Program-made: the position numbers and the translations under genes | In this document: positions 16,748-27,727 of the stretch, piece by piece | How the letters are laid out: every line of letters begins with the position of its first letter | How positions within the stretch are numbered: position 1 is the first letter of the stretch | Assembly (NCBI GenBank): GCA_001804565.1 | Contig: MHAC01000016.1 | Span: forward strand, 1 to 37,183 | Direction: 5' to 3' | Source: Ignavibacteria bacterium GWF2_33_9 | Lineage (GTDB): Bacteria > Bacteroidota > Ignavibacteria > Kapaibacteriales > UBA2268 | Length of the DNA stretch: 37,183 nucleotides | The notes under the pieces: generated by a model | The model's input: the letters and a program-made list of their open reading frames with translations, nothing else | The model's database searches: none | What the model was told of the DNA's origin: nothing

Positions 16748-19700
16748 GTGGGAACACTAAACGGTCAAAATGAAATTACTAATGTTGATTACTTGTTAAA
16801 TACTTACAAGGACGCAACATACGATAAAGATGCAGATATAAAATTGATGGAAAGCGATTCCGGAATTATACGTTTACGCAGAAGAATTGATTTTTCCAGA
16901 TTTGGCAAAACTGACCATTATCCTGATTTGCTCGATATTCAAATCCGCTCTTACAAGGATTTTTTGCAAGATGATGTTCTTCCTTCAAAAAGGGGAATGC
17001 AAGGTTTGCAAAAAGTCTTCAATAATAATTTCCCAATTGAGGATGCTTCCTCAGTTTACCAGTTGGAATTTGTTGAATATAGCATTGAGCGCCCAAAATA
17101 TTCTGAAAAAGAATGTCGTGAACGTGAGTTGACTTTTTCAAAACCATTGAAAGCTAAATTGCGTTTATCCAGCAAAGCAGATCCGGAATCTGAAGATTTT
17201 ATCGAAGCTGTTGAACAAGAAGTATATCTTGGTAATATTCCTGCAATGACTAATCGTGGGACATTTATCATTAATGGTGCTGAACGTATTATCGTTAGCC
17301 AAATTCACCGTTCACCCGGAGTATTTTTTGATGATACAATGCATCCGAACGGAATGAGAATATATTCAGCAAGAATTATTCCTTTGCGTGGTTCATGGGT
17401 AGAATTTACTACAGATATTCACGAAGTGCTATATTGCTATGTGGATCGTAAGAAAAAATTCCCAGCAACTTCACTTTTGCGTGCTTTGGGATTTTCTTCT
17501 GACGTGGACATTTTGAAATTGTTCGATTTGATGGATACAGTAAATCCTGAAGATATTGATGAATCTCATGTGAACAGACGTGTTGCATCCGATATCGTAG
17601 ATTTGAATACAGGTGAAATAATTGCATCCAGAGATGCTGTGCTTACTGAAGCATTGTACAAACAGATTAAAGCAACCGATATTTTGCCGATAAGTTTCTT
17701 CAAACAATTTGATCCGGGCGAAGAACCTGTGATTGCAAAAACTTTGCAGAAAGATACTACTCGCAACCGTGAAGAAGCCCTGGAAACAATTTACCGTACA
17801 ATCCGAACAACTGAACCACCTGATTTAGAAACAGCTGCAGGACTTTTGGATAAACTATTCTTTACAAATCAGAGATACGATTTGGGTGCTGTCGGCAGAT
17901 TCAAAATTAAAGATGTTTTGCATGTTGATATTGCCGATGATGTACATGTGCTCACAATCACAGACTTTGTGGAAGTTATTCGCCATCTGCTATATCTCCA
18001 TGATAATAAATTGACCGGAGACGATATTGACCACTTGGGCAACCGTCGTGTACGTACAGTTGGCGAACAGTTTGCAAATCAGTTCAATATTGGTTTGGCA
18101 AGAATGGCTCGTACTATTAAGGAAAAATTAGGATTAAAAGATAATCAGTCGCTATCTCCTACAGAGTTGGTGAATGCAAGAACAATATCATCGGTAATAA
18201 ATCAATTTTTCGGAACAAATCAGTTGTCACAGTTCATGGATCAAACAAATCCACTTGCTGAACTGACGCACAAAAGAAGAGTGTCCGCATTAGGACCGGG
18301 CGGTTTGAGTCGTGAAAGAGCAGGCTTCGAAGTACGTGACGTTCACTATACTCACTATGGCCGCTTATGCCCGATTGAAACACCTGAAGGTCCAAATATC
18401 GGTTTGATTTCATCTTTGGCAATTCACTCCGATATTGATGAATTAGGTTTTATTATTACACCGTACAAAAAAGTAATTGATGGCATTGTAACTGATGAAA
18501 TCGTTTATCTTACTGCCGACGAAGAAGATGCTTACACTTTAATTCCTGCTTCAACAAGAATTGAAGCTAACGGGAAAATAGTGGAACCTAAACTTAGGGC
18601 AAGGAAATCCGGTGATTTTGTGCTGGTTACTCCTGAAGAAGTTAACTTCATGGATATTTCTACAGACCAAATTTCTTCTGCTGCAGCCTCACTCATCCCA
18701 TTCCTGGAACATGATGATGCGAACCGTGCACTTATGGGTTCGAATATGCAACGTCAAGCTGTTCCATTATTGCGTCCGAACGCTCCAATTGTTGGGACAG
18801 GTATGGAAGCACGTGTTGCAAAAGACTCACGTTCAATTGAATTTGCCCGTGGTAATGGTTATGTAAAATACGTTAGTGGTGATAAAATTATCGTTGAATA
18901 CGATGATGAAAGAGATGAACGAAATAAATATTGCTCCTGGGGACATGAAAATGTTATTTCTTATGAATTGAAAAAATTTGAAAGAACAAATCAGGACACA
19001 ACAATAAATCATAAACCACTCGTTAAACAAGGTCAGAAAGTTGTGAAGGGAACCCCATTAGTGGATAATTCCTCATCAGAAAAAGGCGAATTGGCACTTG
19101 GTAAAAATGTGTTGGTAGCATTTATGCCTTGGCGTGGTTATAACTTCGAAGATGCGATTATTATCTCTCAGAAATTAGTTGCCGAAGACGTGTTTACTTC
19201 AGTTCATATTGAAGAATTTACTTTGCAGGTACGTGACACAAAACGTGGCGAAGAAGAATTTACTCGTGAAATCCCTAATGTTAGCGAAGAAGCAGTTAAA
19301 GATTTGGACGAAAAAGGCATAATCCATATAGGTGCTAAAGTCAAAGAAGGAGATATACTTATTGGTAAGATTACTCCTAAAGGAGAAACTGACCCTACAC
19401 CTGAAGAAAAACTACTACGTGCAATATTCGGTGATAAAGCAGGAGATGTGAAAGATGTTTCACTCAAAGCAACTCCTGGTTTGCGTGGTATAGTTATGAA
19501 TACTAAAGTATTCTCACGCCGCCAGATTACACAGGATAAATTGACAAAAGAAAAAGATAAAAAAGCTCAGGAAAATCTGAACAAGAAGGAAAAATCGGAA
19601 CTAGCAGCTTTGGATAATGAAGTAATCGCAAGACTCGGTAAATACCTAAATGGTCAGGTTACTTTGGGAATCAAACTCAAAAACGGAGTACAAGTATTCC

Positions 19701-20650
19701 GTAATGGCGCAAAAGTTTCTGAAGAAAGACTTCTTGAAGCATATACAAAGAGTATGCTTAAACCTGAATTCCTTGATCCTGATGCAGATTATCTCGCTGA
19801 TGAAGAAAAGAATACATTAATTAAAGATATGTTAAGCAATTTTATAAACTTCAGAACTGATAAGAAAAATGAATATCGTGCTGAAAAGAATAAGATTGCA
19901 TCAGGTGACGAACTTCCTCCGGGAATTTTGGAAATGGCTAAAGTTTACATTGCGAAGAAGAGAAAATTGCAGGTAGGCGACAAAATGGCCGGTCGTCACG
20001 GTAATAAAGGTATCGTTTCCAAAGTGGTGCATCGTGAAGATATGCCGTTCTTACCGGATGGTCAACCAGTGGATATCGTATTGAATCCTCTTGGTGTGCC
20101 TTCACGTATGAACCTCGGACAGCTTTATGAAACTGCACTTGGTTGGGCAGGTCAGAAGCTTGGTGTATATTTTTCAACACCAATTTTCGATGGTGCAACA
20201 TGGGATCAGGTTGGTGATTTCTTAGAAAAAGCCGGCTTACCACGTTCAGGAAAAACGCCACTCTTCGATGGTAGAACAGGTGAACCATTCAAAGAACAAG
20301 TAACAATCGGTGTGATTTATATGCTTAAATTATCGCACATGGTTGACGATAAAATGCACGCACGTTCCATTGGACCTTACTCACTCATTACTCAGCAGCC
20401 ACTTGGCGGTAAAGCACAATTTGGTGGTCAGCGTTTAGGAGAAATGGAAGTTTGGGCTTTGGAAGCTTACGGTGCTTCGAATACTTTGCAAGAAATGCTC
20501 ACAGTGAAATCCGATGACGTTCCGGGACGTTCCAGAATGTATGAATCAATTGTGAAAGGCGATAATGCTCCGGATGCAAATGTTCCGGAATCTTTCAAAG
20601 TACTCGTAAGAGAACTCCAGGGATTAGCCTTGGATGTTGTTTATAAATAA
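16748..20650 (+). CDS. rpoB: DNA-directed RNA polymerase subunit beta
   Basis: GTFIINGAERIIVSQ, SQFMDQTNPLAELTHKRR, CPIETPEGPNIGLI, GDKMAGRHGNKG, GGQRLGEMEVWALEAYG; GTG start with AAAGGAGGT SD. Confidence 0.99.
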   Translation: MGTLNGQNEITNVDYLLNTYKDATYDKDADIKLMESDSGIIRLRRRIDFSRFGKTDHYPDLLDIQIRSYKDFLQDDVLPSKRGMQGLQKVFNNNFPIEDASSVYQLEFVEYSIERPKYSEKECRERELTFSKPLKAKLRLSSKADPESEDFIEAVEQEVYLGNIPAMTNRGTFIINGAERIIVSQIHRSPGVFFDDTMHPNGMRIYSARIIPLRGSWVEFTTDIHEVLYCYVDRKKKFPATSLLRALGFSSDVDILKLFDLMDTVNPEDIDESHVNRRVASDIVDLNTGEIIASRDAVLTEALYKQIKATDILPISFFKQFDPGEEPVIAKTLQKDTTRNREEALETIYRTIRTTEPPDLETAAGLLDKLFFTNQRYDLGAVGRFKIKDVLHVDIADDVHVLTITDFVEVIRHLLYLHDNKLTGDDIDHLGNRRVRTVGEQFANQFNIGLARMARTIKEKLGLKDNQSLSPTELVNARTISSVINQFFGTNQLSQFMDQTNPLAELTHKRRVSALGPGGLSRERAGFEVRDVHYTHYGRLCPIETPEGPNIGLISSLAIHSDIDELGFIITPYKKVIDGIVTDEIVYLTADEEDAYTLIPASTRIEANGKIVEPKLRARKSGDFVLVTPEEVNFMDISTDQISSAAASLIPFLEHDDANRALMGSNMQRQAVPLLRPNAPIVGTGMEARVAKDSRSIEFARGNGYVKYVSGDKIIVEYDDERDERNKYCSWGHENVISYELKKFERTNQDTTINHKPLVKQGQKVVKGTPLVDNSSSEKGELALGKNVLVAFMPWRGYNFEDAIIISQKLVAEDVFTSVHIEEFTLQVRDTKRGEEEFTREIPNVSEEAVKDLDEKGIIHIGAKVKEGDILIGKITPKGETDPTPEEKLLRAIFGDKAGDVKDVSLKATPGLRGIVMNTKVFSRRQITQDKLTKEKDKKAQENLNKKEKSELAALDNEVIARLGKYLNGQVTLGIKLKNGVQVFRNGAKVSEERLLEAYTKSMLKPEFLDPDADYLADEEKNTLIKDMLSNFINFRTDKKNEYRAEKNKIASGDELPPGILEMAKVYIAKKRKLQVGDKMAGRHGNKGIVSKVVHREDMPFLPDGQPVDIVLNPLGVPSRMNLGQLYETALGWAGQKLGVYFSTPIFDGATWDQVGDFLEKAGLPRSGKTPLFDGRTGEPFKEQVTIGVIYMLKLSHMVDDKMHARSIGPYSLITQQPLGGKAQFGGQRLGEMEVWALEAYGASNTLQEMLTVKSDDVPGRSRMYESIVKGDNAPDANVPESFKVLVRELQGLALDVVYK

Positions 20651-20733
20651 GCTTAAACTTTTTAGGTTTGCAGTGGATTTAGTAAAAAGTTATAAGCAAT
20701 TTAAAAAATAGAAATTTATAAGAGGCAATATAT

Positions 20734-23700
20734 ATGCAACCAATTTCAATGCCAAAGGGTGGCTTCAGGGAAATAGTTATAAAGCTCGCTTCTCCGGATA
20801 AAATTTTAAATCGTTCCAACGGTGAAGTTACAAAACCTGAAACGATAAACTATCGTTCATTTCGCCCAGAAAAAGATGGGTTGTTTTGTGAAAAAATCTT
20901 CGGACCTATTAAAGATTGGGAATGTGCATGCGGCAAATATAAGAGGATAAGATACAAAGGGATTGTATGCGACAGATGCGGTGTGGAAGTTACAAGCAAA
21001 AGCGTTCGACGTGAAAGAAACGGCCATATTATGCTTGCTGTACCGGTAGTTCATATTTGGTTTATGCGCTCTTTGCCAAGCAAAATCAGTGCTGTACTAG
21101 GTATGCATACAAAGGACATCGAAAGAATAGTTTATTACGAATCTTACGTTGTTGTTCGTCCCGGGAGCACCAGTCTTGCATCAAAAGATTTGATGACTGA
21201 AGAAGAATATTTGAAAACTTTATCGCAGTTACCGAAAGAAGAATTGGAACTCGACGATGATGATCCGAATAAGTTCTTTGCTGCAATAGGTGGTGAAGCA
21301 ATTAAAGAATTGCTCAGAATGGTAGAACCGGACCGTGATTATGCTCATTCAAAAGAAGAATTGAAAAATGAAACTTCACAGGTGAAAAAAGCTGAATTGC
21401 TCAAACGCCTTAGAGTTTTGGATGCTTTCCGCAGAAAGGAAGATCAGGAATATATAAATGAACCTAGCTGGATGGTACTGGACGTTGTTCCGGTTATTCC
21501 TCCTGACTTGCGTCCTCTTATTCCTTTAGATGGTGGTCGTTTTGCAACATCAGATTTGAATGACCTTTACCGTCGTGTGATTATTCGTAACAATCGACTA
21601 AAAAGATTAATTGACATCAAGGCACCGGAAGTTATTTTGCGTAATGAAAAACGTATGCTTCAGGAAAGTGTTGATGCTTTATTTGATAGTACTAAAAAAG
21701 CTAATAAAACAGATTCATCCCGTTCATTAAAATCATTGGCAGATACTCTGAAAGGTAAGACCGGTCGTTTCCGTCAGAACCTTTTAGGTAAACGTGTGGA
21801 TTATTCAGGTCGTTCAGTAATCGTAGTTGGTCCTGAACTTAAACTTCACGAATGCGGTTTGCCGAAAGATATGGCAGTGGAACTGTTCAAACCTTTCATC
21901 ATTCGTAAATTGATTGAAAAAGGTTTTGTGAAAACGGTGAAGAGCGCAAAAAAACTAGTTGAACGCAAAACAAATGAAGTTTGGGATATTTTGGAAATGG
22001 TGATTGAAGGGCATCCTGTTATGCTTAACCGTGCTCCGACACTTCACCGCTTAGGTATTCAGGCATTCCAGCCAAGACTTATCGAAGGTAAAGCAATCCA
22101 GCTTCACCCTCTCGTTTGTACAGCATTCAACGCCGACTTCGACGGTGACCAAATGGCCGTTCACGTGCCTTTAGGTCATGAAGCACAGCTCGAAGCATTG
22201 CTGCTTATGCTTGCTCCGAACAATATTGTGCATACTCAAAATGGTGATCCTATTGCTGTACCGTCTCAAGATATGGTGCTTGGACTTTATTATTTAACCA
22301 AAATGCGTCCCGGTGCTCTAGGGGAAAACAAACTTTATAGTTCAGTTGACGAAGTTATTATTGCAGTAAATTCCGAAAAACTAGATATGGGTGCATTAAT
22401 TAAAGTTCGTCACATGGGTACAACAATCGAAACTACTCCTGGTAGATTAATCTTTAACGTAATAGTTCCTAATGAATTAGGCTATGTGAATGAACTTTTA
22501 ACCAAGAAACGTCTCCGCTTTTTCATTGGAAAGAGTTTCCGTGTTGCCGGATTAGGCAGGACTGTAGAATTTTTGGATGATATGAAAAATCTCGGTTTCG
22601 AAATGGCAACTCGTGGAGGTTTGACTGTAAGTATCCATGATGTTGTTATTCCTGCGGAAAAGAGAGAAATTATCGAACAAACACAAGCTAGTATTGATAT
22701 TTTCGAAAAATCATTCCGAAAAGGTATGCTTTCCGGTGGTGAAAGATATAATAAAATCATTGACCTTTGGTCCAGTGCAACTCACCGTGTAGCGGATAAA
22801 CTTTACAATGAATTGCAGAAAGATAAACAAGGTTTCAATACATTTTATATGATGCTTGATTCCCAGGCTCGTGGTTCTAAAGAACAGATTCGCCAGCTTG
22901 CAGGTATGAGAGGCTTGATGGCAAAACCGAAAAAATCAGTTTCCGGTTCGTCAGGTGAACTTATCGAAAATCCAATTATTGCAAACTTCAAAGAAGGTTT
23001 GTCAATTTTGGAATATTTCATTTCTACTCACGGTGCACGTAAAGGTTTGGCCGATACAGCACTCAAAACTGCAGATGCCGGTTATCTTACTCGTCGTTTG
23101 CATGACGTTGCTCAGGATATGATTATCAGGGAAATCGATTGCGGTACTATTCGTGGCGTAGATACAACTGCTCTGAAAGATGGCGAGGAAGTAAAAGAAA
23201 GTTTGAAAGAAAGAATTCTTGGTAGAGTGTCTCTCGTTGACGTTGTAGATCCACTCACCGACAAATTGATTCTGAAAGGCGGTGAAGTAATTGATGAAGA
23301 AATTGCTGAAGCAATTGAATCATCAGCAATTGAATCCGTGAAAATCCGTTCGGTACTTACTTGTCAGTCCAAGCAGGGAACTTGTGCAAAATGTTATGGT
23401 AGAAATATGTCAAGCGGTAAATTGGTTGATGTGGGAGAAGCTGTTGGAACAATTGCCTCTCAATCAATCGGTGAACCGGGTACACAGTTGACACTTCGTA
23501 CATTCCACACAGGTGGTGCTGCAGCATTATTTGCATCTCAATCATCTATTATAGCAAAATTCGATGGTAAAGTATCATTCGAAAATATTCGAACAATCGA
23601 AGTTGAAAGCGAAGAAGGCGAAGATGTTCTCATTTCCGTTAGCCATAGTGGTGTAATTAAAGTGATGGATGATAAGAATAACCGTGAATTGAATAAGTAT

Positions 23701-25041
23701 GATGTTACTTACGGTGCTGAAATTAAAGTGAAAAATGGAGACCAGATCAAAAAAGGTCAAATACTTTATGAATGGGATCCTTATAATACTACTATTATTT
23801 CGGAATTCAAAGGTACTGTTCGTTACCGTGATTTGGAACATAATGTTACTTATCGTGAAGTGAATGATGAACAAACCGGCCATACAACAAAAATCGTATT
23901 TGATTCCAAAGATAAAACAAAAGCACCTGCAATTGACATTGTTGATGAAAAAGGTGAAATATTTAAAACATACAATATTCCATCCAAAGCACAATTGCGT
24001 GTTGATGACTACGATCAGGTTGGCAAAGGTCACCACCTAGCTAAAATCCCAAGAGATTATGGTCGTACTCGTGATATCACAGGTGGTTTGCCACGTGTTA
24101 CAGAACTTTTCGAAGCTCGTTCACCTCAAGCTCCGGCCGTTGTTGCTGAAATTGACGGTATTGTTTCCTTCGGTAAACCAAAACGTGGTCAGAGAACAAT
24201 TTTGATTACATCACATGACGAATTGACTGAAACAGATTACAATGTACCATTCAGTAAACACGTATTGGTACAGGATAAAGATTATGTGAAAGCAGGTGAT
24301 AAGATTACAGAAGGTTCAATAAATCCTCACGATATTTTGAGAATCAAAGGTCCTTTCGCAGTACAGGAATATCTAGTGAATGAAATTCAGGATGTTTACC
24401 GTATGCAAGGTGTTAAAATTTCCGATAAACATATCGAAGTAATCGTACGTCAAATGATGCAGAAAGTAAGAATCAAAGAATCCGGGGACTCAATCTTCTT
24501 GGAAAATGATTTAGTTGACCGTATTAAATTCGATGCTGAAAATCAGAAACTCAAAAATATGGTTGTTATCACTGATGTTGGCGAAACTAATCTTTCTGAA
24601 GGTCAATTGCTCTCACGTAAGAAATTCCGTGAAATCAATGGTTCTATCAGAAAGAAAGATGCTCAAATTGCTGAAGCACGACAGGCAGAAAATGCTATCG
24701 CTGAACCGGTACTTTTGGGTATTACTCAGGTTTCACTCCAAACAGACAGCTGGCTTTCTGCAGCTTCATTCCAGGAAACTACAAAAGTACTTTCCGATGC
24801 AGCAATTCATGCTCGTTCTGATAAATTCCAGGGATTGAAGGAAAATATCATCGTTGGACAACCGATTCCGGCAGGTACTGGTCTAAGAAAATATACTACT
24901 ATAAATATTGAAAGCGATATAGGAGATATTTTCGGTCGTACTAACCGTGTTCTTCACAATGAAAAATACGACGACAGAGTGGAATATGACAATGCTCAGG
25001 AAATTGTTAAAGAAGAAATTCCTGCTGTAACTGAAGATTAA
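20734..25041 (+). CDS. rpoC: DNA-directed RNA polymerase subunit beta'
   Basis: Zn finger CACGKYK...CDRCGVE, catalytic [44 protein letters not shown]. Confidence 0.99.
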   Translation: MQPISMPKGGFREIVIKLASPDKILNRSNGEVTKPETINYRSFRPEKDGLFCEKIFGPIKDWECACGKYKRIRYKGIVCDRCGVEVTSKSVRRERNGHIMLAVPVVHIWFMRSLPSKISAVLGMHTKDIERIVYYESYVVVRPGSTSLASKDLMTEEEYLKTLSQLPKEELELDDDDPNKFFAAIGGEAIKELLRMVEPDRDYAHSKEELKNETSQVKKAELLKRLRVLDAFRRKEDQEYINEPSWMVLDVVPVIPPDLRPLIPLDGGRFATSDLNDLYRRVIIRNNRLKRLIDIKAPEVILRNEKRMLQESVDALFDSTKKANKTDSSRSLKSLADTLKGKTGRFRQNLLGKRVDYSGRSVIVVGPELKLHECGLPKDMAVELFKPFIIRKLIEKGFVKTVKSAKKLVERKTNEVWDILEMVIEGHPVMLNRAPTLHRLGIQAFQPRLIEGKAIQLHPLVCTAFNADFDGDQMAVHVPLGHEAQLEALLLMLAPNNIVHTQNGDPIAVPSQDMVLGLYYLTKMRPGALGENKLYSSVDEVIIAVNSEKLDMGALIKVRHMGTTIETTPGRLIFNVIVPNELGYVNELLTKKRLRFFIGKSFRVAGLGRTVEFLDDMKNLGFEMATRGGLTVSIHDVVIPAEKREIIEQTQASIDIFEKSFRKGMLSGGERYNKIIDLWSSATHRVADKLYNELQKDKQGFNTFYMMLDSQARGSKEQIRQLAGMRGLMAKPKKSVSGSSGELIENPIIANFKEGLSILEYFISTHGARKGLADTALKTADAGYLTRRLHDVAQDMIIREIDCGTIRGVDTTALKDGEEVKESLKERILGRVSLVDVVDPLTDKLILKGGEVIDEEIAEAIESSAIESVKIRSVLTCQSKQGTCAKCYGRNMSSGKLVDVGEAVGTIASQSIGEPGTQLTLRTFHTGGAAALFASQSSIIAKFDGKVSFENIRTIEVESEEGEDVLISVSHSGVIKVMDDKNNRELNKYDVTYGAEIKVKNGDQIKKGQILYEWDPYNTTIISEFKGTVRYRDLEHNVTYREVNDEQTGHTTKIVFDSKDKTKAPAIDIVDEKGEIFKTYNIPSKAQLRVDDYDQVGKGHHLAKIPRDYGRTRDITGGLPRVTELFEARSPQAPAVVAEIDGIVSFGKPKRGQRTILITSHDELTETDYNVPFSKHVLVQDKDYVKAGDKITEGSINPHDILRIKGPFAVQEYLVNEIQDVYRMQGVKISDKHIEVIVRQMMQKVRIKESGDSIFLENDLVDRIKFDAENQKLKNMVVITDVGETNLSEGQLLSRKKFREINGSIRKKDAQIAEARQAENAIAEPVLLGITQVSLQTDSWLSAASFQETTKVLSDAAIHARSDKFQGLKENIIVGQPIPAGTGLRKYTTINIESDIGDIFGRTNRVLHNEKYDDRVEYDNAQEIVKEEIPAVTED

Positions 25042-25064
25042 TTAATTTAATCTGTATATATTTT

Positions 25065-25096
25065 AAAAAGGGAAGTTATTTACAACTTCCCTTTTT
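25065..25096. terminator. Bidirectional terminator between rpoC and khtU, overlapping the last khtU codons
   Basis: AAAAAGGGAAGTT-atttac-AACTTCCCTTTTT, a perfect 13-bp inverted repeat with A/T tracts on both sides. Confidence 0.8.
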
Positions 25097-26234
25097 TCTT
25101 ATAAAATAATTTTGCAATTTTATTTGAAAAATAGGAAGTTGCAATTCCAATTACGGCAAGTATCAAAATATAAAGCGAGGCAATCGGAGCAATTGCGAGT
25201 GACATATGTTGAGAAATTGCAATCGAAAACTCTCCACGATTCACAATACCCAAACCAGCTATAAGTGACTTACGCTTAGAAAGCCCGAAAATCCTGCCGC
25301 CAATAATTCCTGTTAGTATTTTCCCAAGAATTGATAAAATCACAATTGCAATAAGAGGCCAGAGAAATTGTGTAAAATTAGGGAATATGAAATGAATTGA
25401 TGAACCGAAAATCAGGAAGAAGTAAGAAACTGTAATATCTCTAATTGGTACAATGAGCGATTCCACTTGATAAGATTTTCCGGATTCAGCAACAATTATA
25501 CCTACCAGGAATGCACCAAGTGCTTCGGAAAGTCCAAGTTCTTTCGTTACCCCAGAAGCAAATATGACAAAACCGATTACCATAATCGTGAGAATTTCAT
25601 CCTGCAAATATTTATCAATAAATGAAGACAATTTCTTTTTAATCAAAAATGAGAAGAGAATTGCTGAAATTATTACTAAAAATATCTTAAATAATATCCA
25701 AAAAGTAAGTGAAATATTTGGCATGGCTCCAACTGAAAATGCCGTAGCAAATGCAATGATTATTGGTGCTACCATATCTTCAAATACCATTAAACCAAGG
25801 ATAAATTCTGTTTCCGAATTGGCCATCCTATGCTCATCGATGATTATTTTAGTAGTAATTGCCGATGAACTTGCATAAGCAACTCCTGCAAGAGTAAAGG
25901 ATACTATGAAATTAAATCCGAATAATGACAGTACGAGAAATATTAATAAAAAATTAAAAGCTATATCAAGAACGCCCCCTATCCACACTTTTTTGGCTAT
26001 GTTCAATACTTTGCTTAAATTGAATTCCAAACCTAAGAAGAAGAACAAAATAACAATCCCAATTTCTCCAAAAATAGCAATATTGGAACCCAGTGGCAGC
26101 AATTCGGAAACTATCACACCGGCAAAAATATAAAGTAAAAGCATCGGGATTTTGAATAATTTCCCGATAAATCCTGCTACAAAAAGAGCAATTCCGGTTA
26201 GACCGAATATCAATAGGAATGAAACATCATGCAT
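25080..26234 (-). CDS. khtU: CPA2-family K+/H+ antiporter, KhtU(YhaU)-like
   Basis: Polytopic membrane protein with GEIGIVILFFFLGLEF, YASSSAITTK, GLMVFED, GLSEALGAFLVG and NRGEFSIAI; no fused RCK domain; paired with khtT. Confidence 0.82.
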   Translation of the reverse strand: MHDVSFLLIFGLTGIALFVAGFIGKLFKIPMLLLYIFAGVIVSELLPLGSNIAIFGEIGIVILFFFLGLEFNLSKVLNIAKKVWIGGVLDIAFNFLLIFLVLSLFGFNFIVSFTLAGVAYASSSAITTKIIIDEHRMANSETEFILGLMVFEDMVAPIIIAFATAFSVGAMPNISLTFWILFKIFLVIISAILFSFLIKKKLSSFIDKYLQDEILTIMVIGFVIFASGVTKELGLSEALGAFLVGIIVAESGKSYQVESLIVPIRDITVSYFFLIFGSSIHFIFPNFTQFLWPLIAIVILSILGKILTGIIGGRIFGLSKRKSLIAGLGIVNRGEFSIAISQHMSLAIAPIASLYILILAVIGIATSYFSNKIAKLFYKKKGKL

Positions 26235-26240
26235 AATGGA

Positions 26241-26726
26241 TTATTCAGATATATTGAACAATTCTTTGAATCTTCGTGTTTGTTCTCTTGAACCCACAAC
26301 AACCAATGTATCATCCAGTAAAAGTTGAGTGTCCGGTGCTGGATTGATTATTGTATCATCATTTCTGATGATGGAAATAATTGTTATACCTGTTTTTTTT
26401 CGAATACCACTTTCCAGAATTGATGAATTCACCAAACTTGAATTTTCAGTCAAATTTACCCATTCAATCGAAAGTTTATCAATGAGTAATTGTTTCTGTT
26501 TTTCTTGTTCAGGTTTGAAATAATTACCCATCAAAATCGAACCAAGCAAATTTGCTTCTTCTTCATTAAGGAGAAAGTGAAATTTCGCATCGTCTTCCGG
26601 ATCATCGAACAGGAAGATTTCTCTTTTACCGTTAATAAGTACAACTACCGATAAATAGGCTCCATTAACAATTTGAAAAGTGAATTTTTTCCCGATTCCG
26701 GGCAATTCCATTTCTTTAAAAATCAT
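26241..26726 (-). CDS. khtT: K+/H+ antiporter regulatory subunit, KhtT(YhaT)-like, with C-terminal RCK_C/TrkA-C domain
   Basis: ELPGIGKKF N-terminus, GKREIF, EEANLLGSIL-G-YFKP, and IRKKTGITIISIIR...INPAPD...DDTLVVVG. Confidence 0.85.
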   Translation of the reverse strand: MIFKEMELPGIGKKFTFQIVNGAYLSVVVLINGKREIFLFDDPEDDAKFHFLLNEEEANLLGSILMGNYFKPEQEKQKQLLIDKLSIEWVNLTENSSLVNSSILESGIRKKTGITIISIIRNDDTIINPAPDTQLLLDDTLVVVGSREQTRRFKELFNISE

Positions 26727-26813
26727 CTTTATAAGTCCACAACTAATTTTGTTAAATAAATATGTATAAAATTACAAAAAAATCAGAAAAAAATACAATT
26801 ATTAAAATAAATA

Positions 26814-26880
26814 TTCGTAAACTAATTTTACGAAAATAGTTTTTTGGGTTTTTATAGTTTTTCTAGTTTCCTCGGTTTCC
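26814..26880. promoter_or_regulatory. Candidate TetR operator region: 8-5-8 inverted repeat plus five 9-bp tandem repeats
   Basis: TTCGTAAA-ctaat-TTTACGAA (26814-26834); ATAGTTTTT/TGGGTTTTT/ATAGTTTTT/CTAGTTTCC/TCGGTTTCC (26836-26880). Confidence 0.5.
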
Positions 26881-26926
26881 TGATGAATTCCGAAAAACAA
26901 ATATGAATTATATTAATGGAGAAAAT

Positions 26927-27625
26927 ATGGCAAAAGCAGCTCAAATGAAAGAAAATGCTAAGATGGAACTTAAGGATAAGATTCTTAATACTTCAATTGA
27001 ACTTTTTAGAACAACAGGTCTGAAAAGCGTGAATACTGACCTTATTGCTAGTGAATGCGGTATTAGCAAAAAGACACTTTACGAAGTATTCAATAGCAAA
27101 GAAGAATTAATTTCTTATGTGATAACAACATCTTTAGGTAAATTAGAAGCAGATTTGAAAGCTTTGGCTGAAGAAATTGAAGAGAAGCATGTTTCTGACT
27201 TTGGAGAAGTGTTTCATCATTTAATGCATGGCGTGAATAAAATCATCATTGTTTTCTCCAAACAATTTCTGACTGACCTAAAGAAATACTATCCTAATTT
27301 ATGGGTAGATATACGTGAATATAAAAAAGAAAGAATTAGAAATTACTTCGGATTGATTTTTAAAATTGGTCAGAAGCATGGGTATATCCGTAAAGATATT
27401 AATCCAGAACTTGCGTATTATATTCACCATTATATTTTGGATAATATTGTTTCTCCAGAAGTACTCGCAGAATTACCACTCAGTTCAAAGGACGTCCTGA
27501 ATGGGATTTACAATATATTGCTTTTCGGAATTCTCACTGAAAAGGGTGTTGAAAAATCGGATTTCAGTACAAAACTAAATAAAATGTACGAACATGGCAT
27601 CAACCGAAATATGAATGAATCTTAA
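26927..27625 (+). CDS. TetR/AcrR-family transcriptional regulator
   Basis: ILNTSIELF...G...IASECGISKKTLYEVFNSKEELI HTH. ATG 26927 is chosen because it has a GGAG SD; the ORF track starts at 26903. Confidence 0.92.
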   Translation: MAKAAQMKENAKMELKDKILNTSIELFRTTGLKSVNTDLIASECGISKKTLYEVFNSKEELISYVITTSLGKLEADLKALAEEIEEKHVSDFGEVFHHLMHGVNKIIIVFSKQFLTDLKKYYPNLWVDIREYKKERIRNYFGLIFKIGQKHGYIRKDINPELAYYIHHYILDNIVSPEVLAELPLSSKDVLNGIYNILLFGILTEKGVEKSDFSTKLNKMYEHGINRNMNES

Positions 27626-27727
27626 TAAAAAATTAATGCAACAGGAAAACAAAAATTTCGTATTAAACAATTAAAAAATAGAAAAATAAAATTACAATAA
27701 AAATTAAAAAATAGAATTAATAAAATT

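Noticed and set aside
18200-18410. Intrinsic rifampicin resistance in RpoB
   Set aside because: Q513, D516, H526, R529, S531 and I572 equivalents are intact; the PLAE variant is widespread.
16748-25041. Inteins, introns or fusion in rpoB/rpoC
   Set aside because: Lengths (1300 and 1435 aa) and continuous conserved motifs leave no room, and the genes are separate with an 83-nt spacer.
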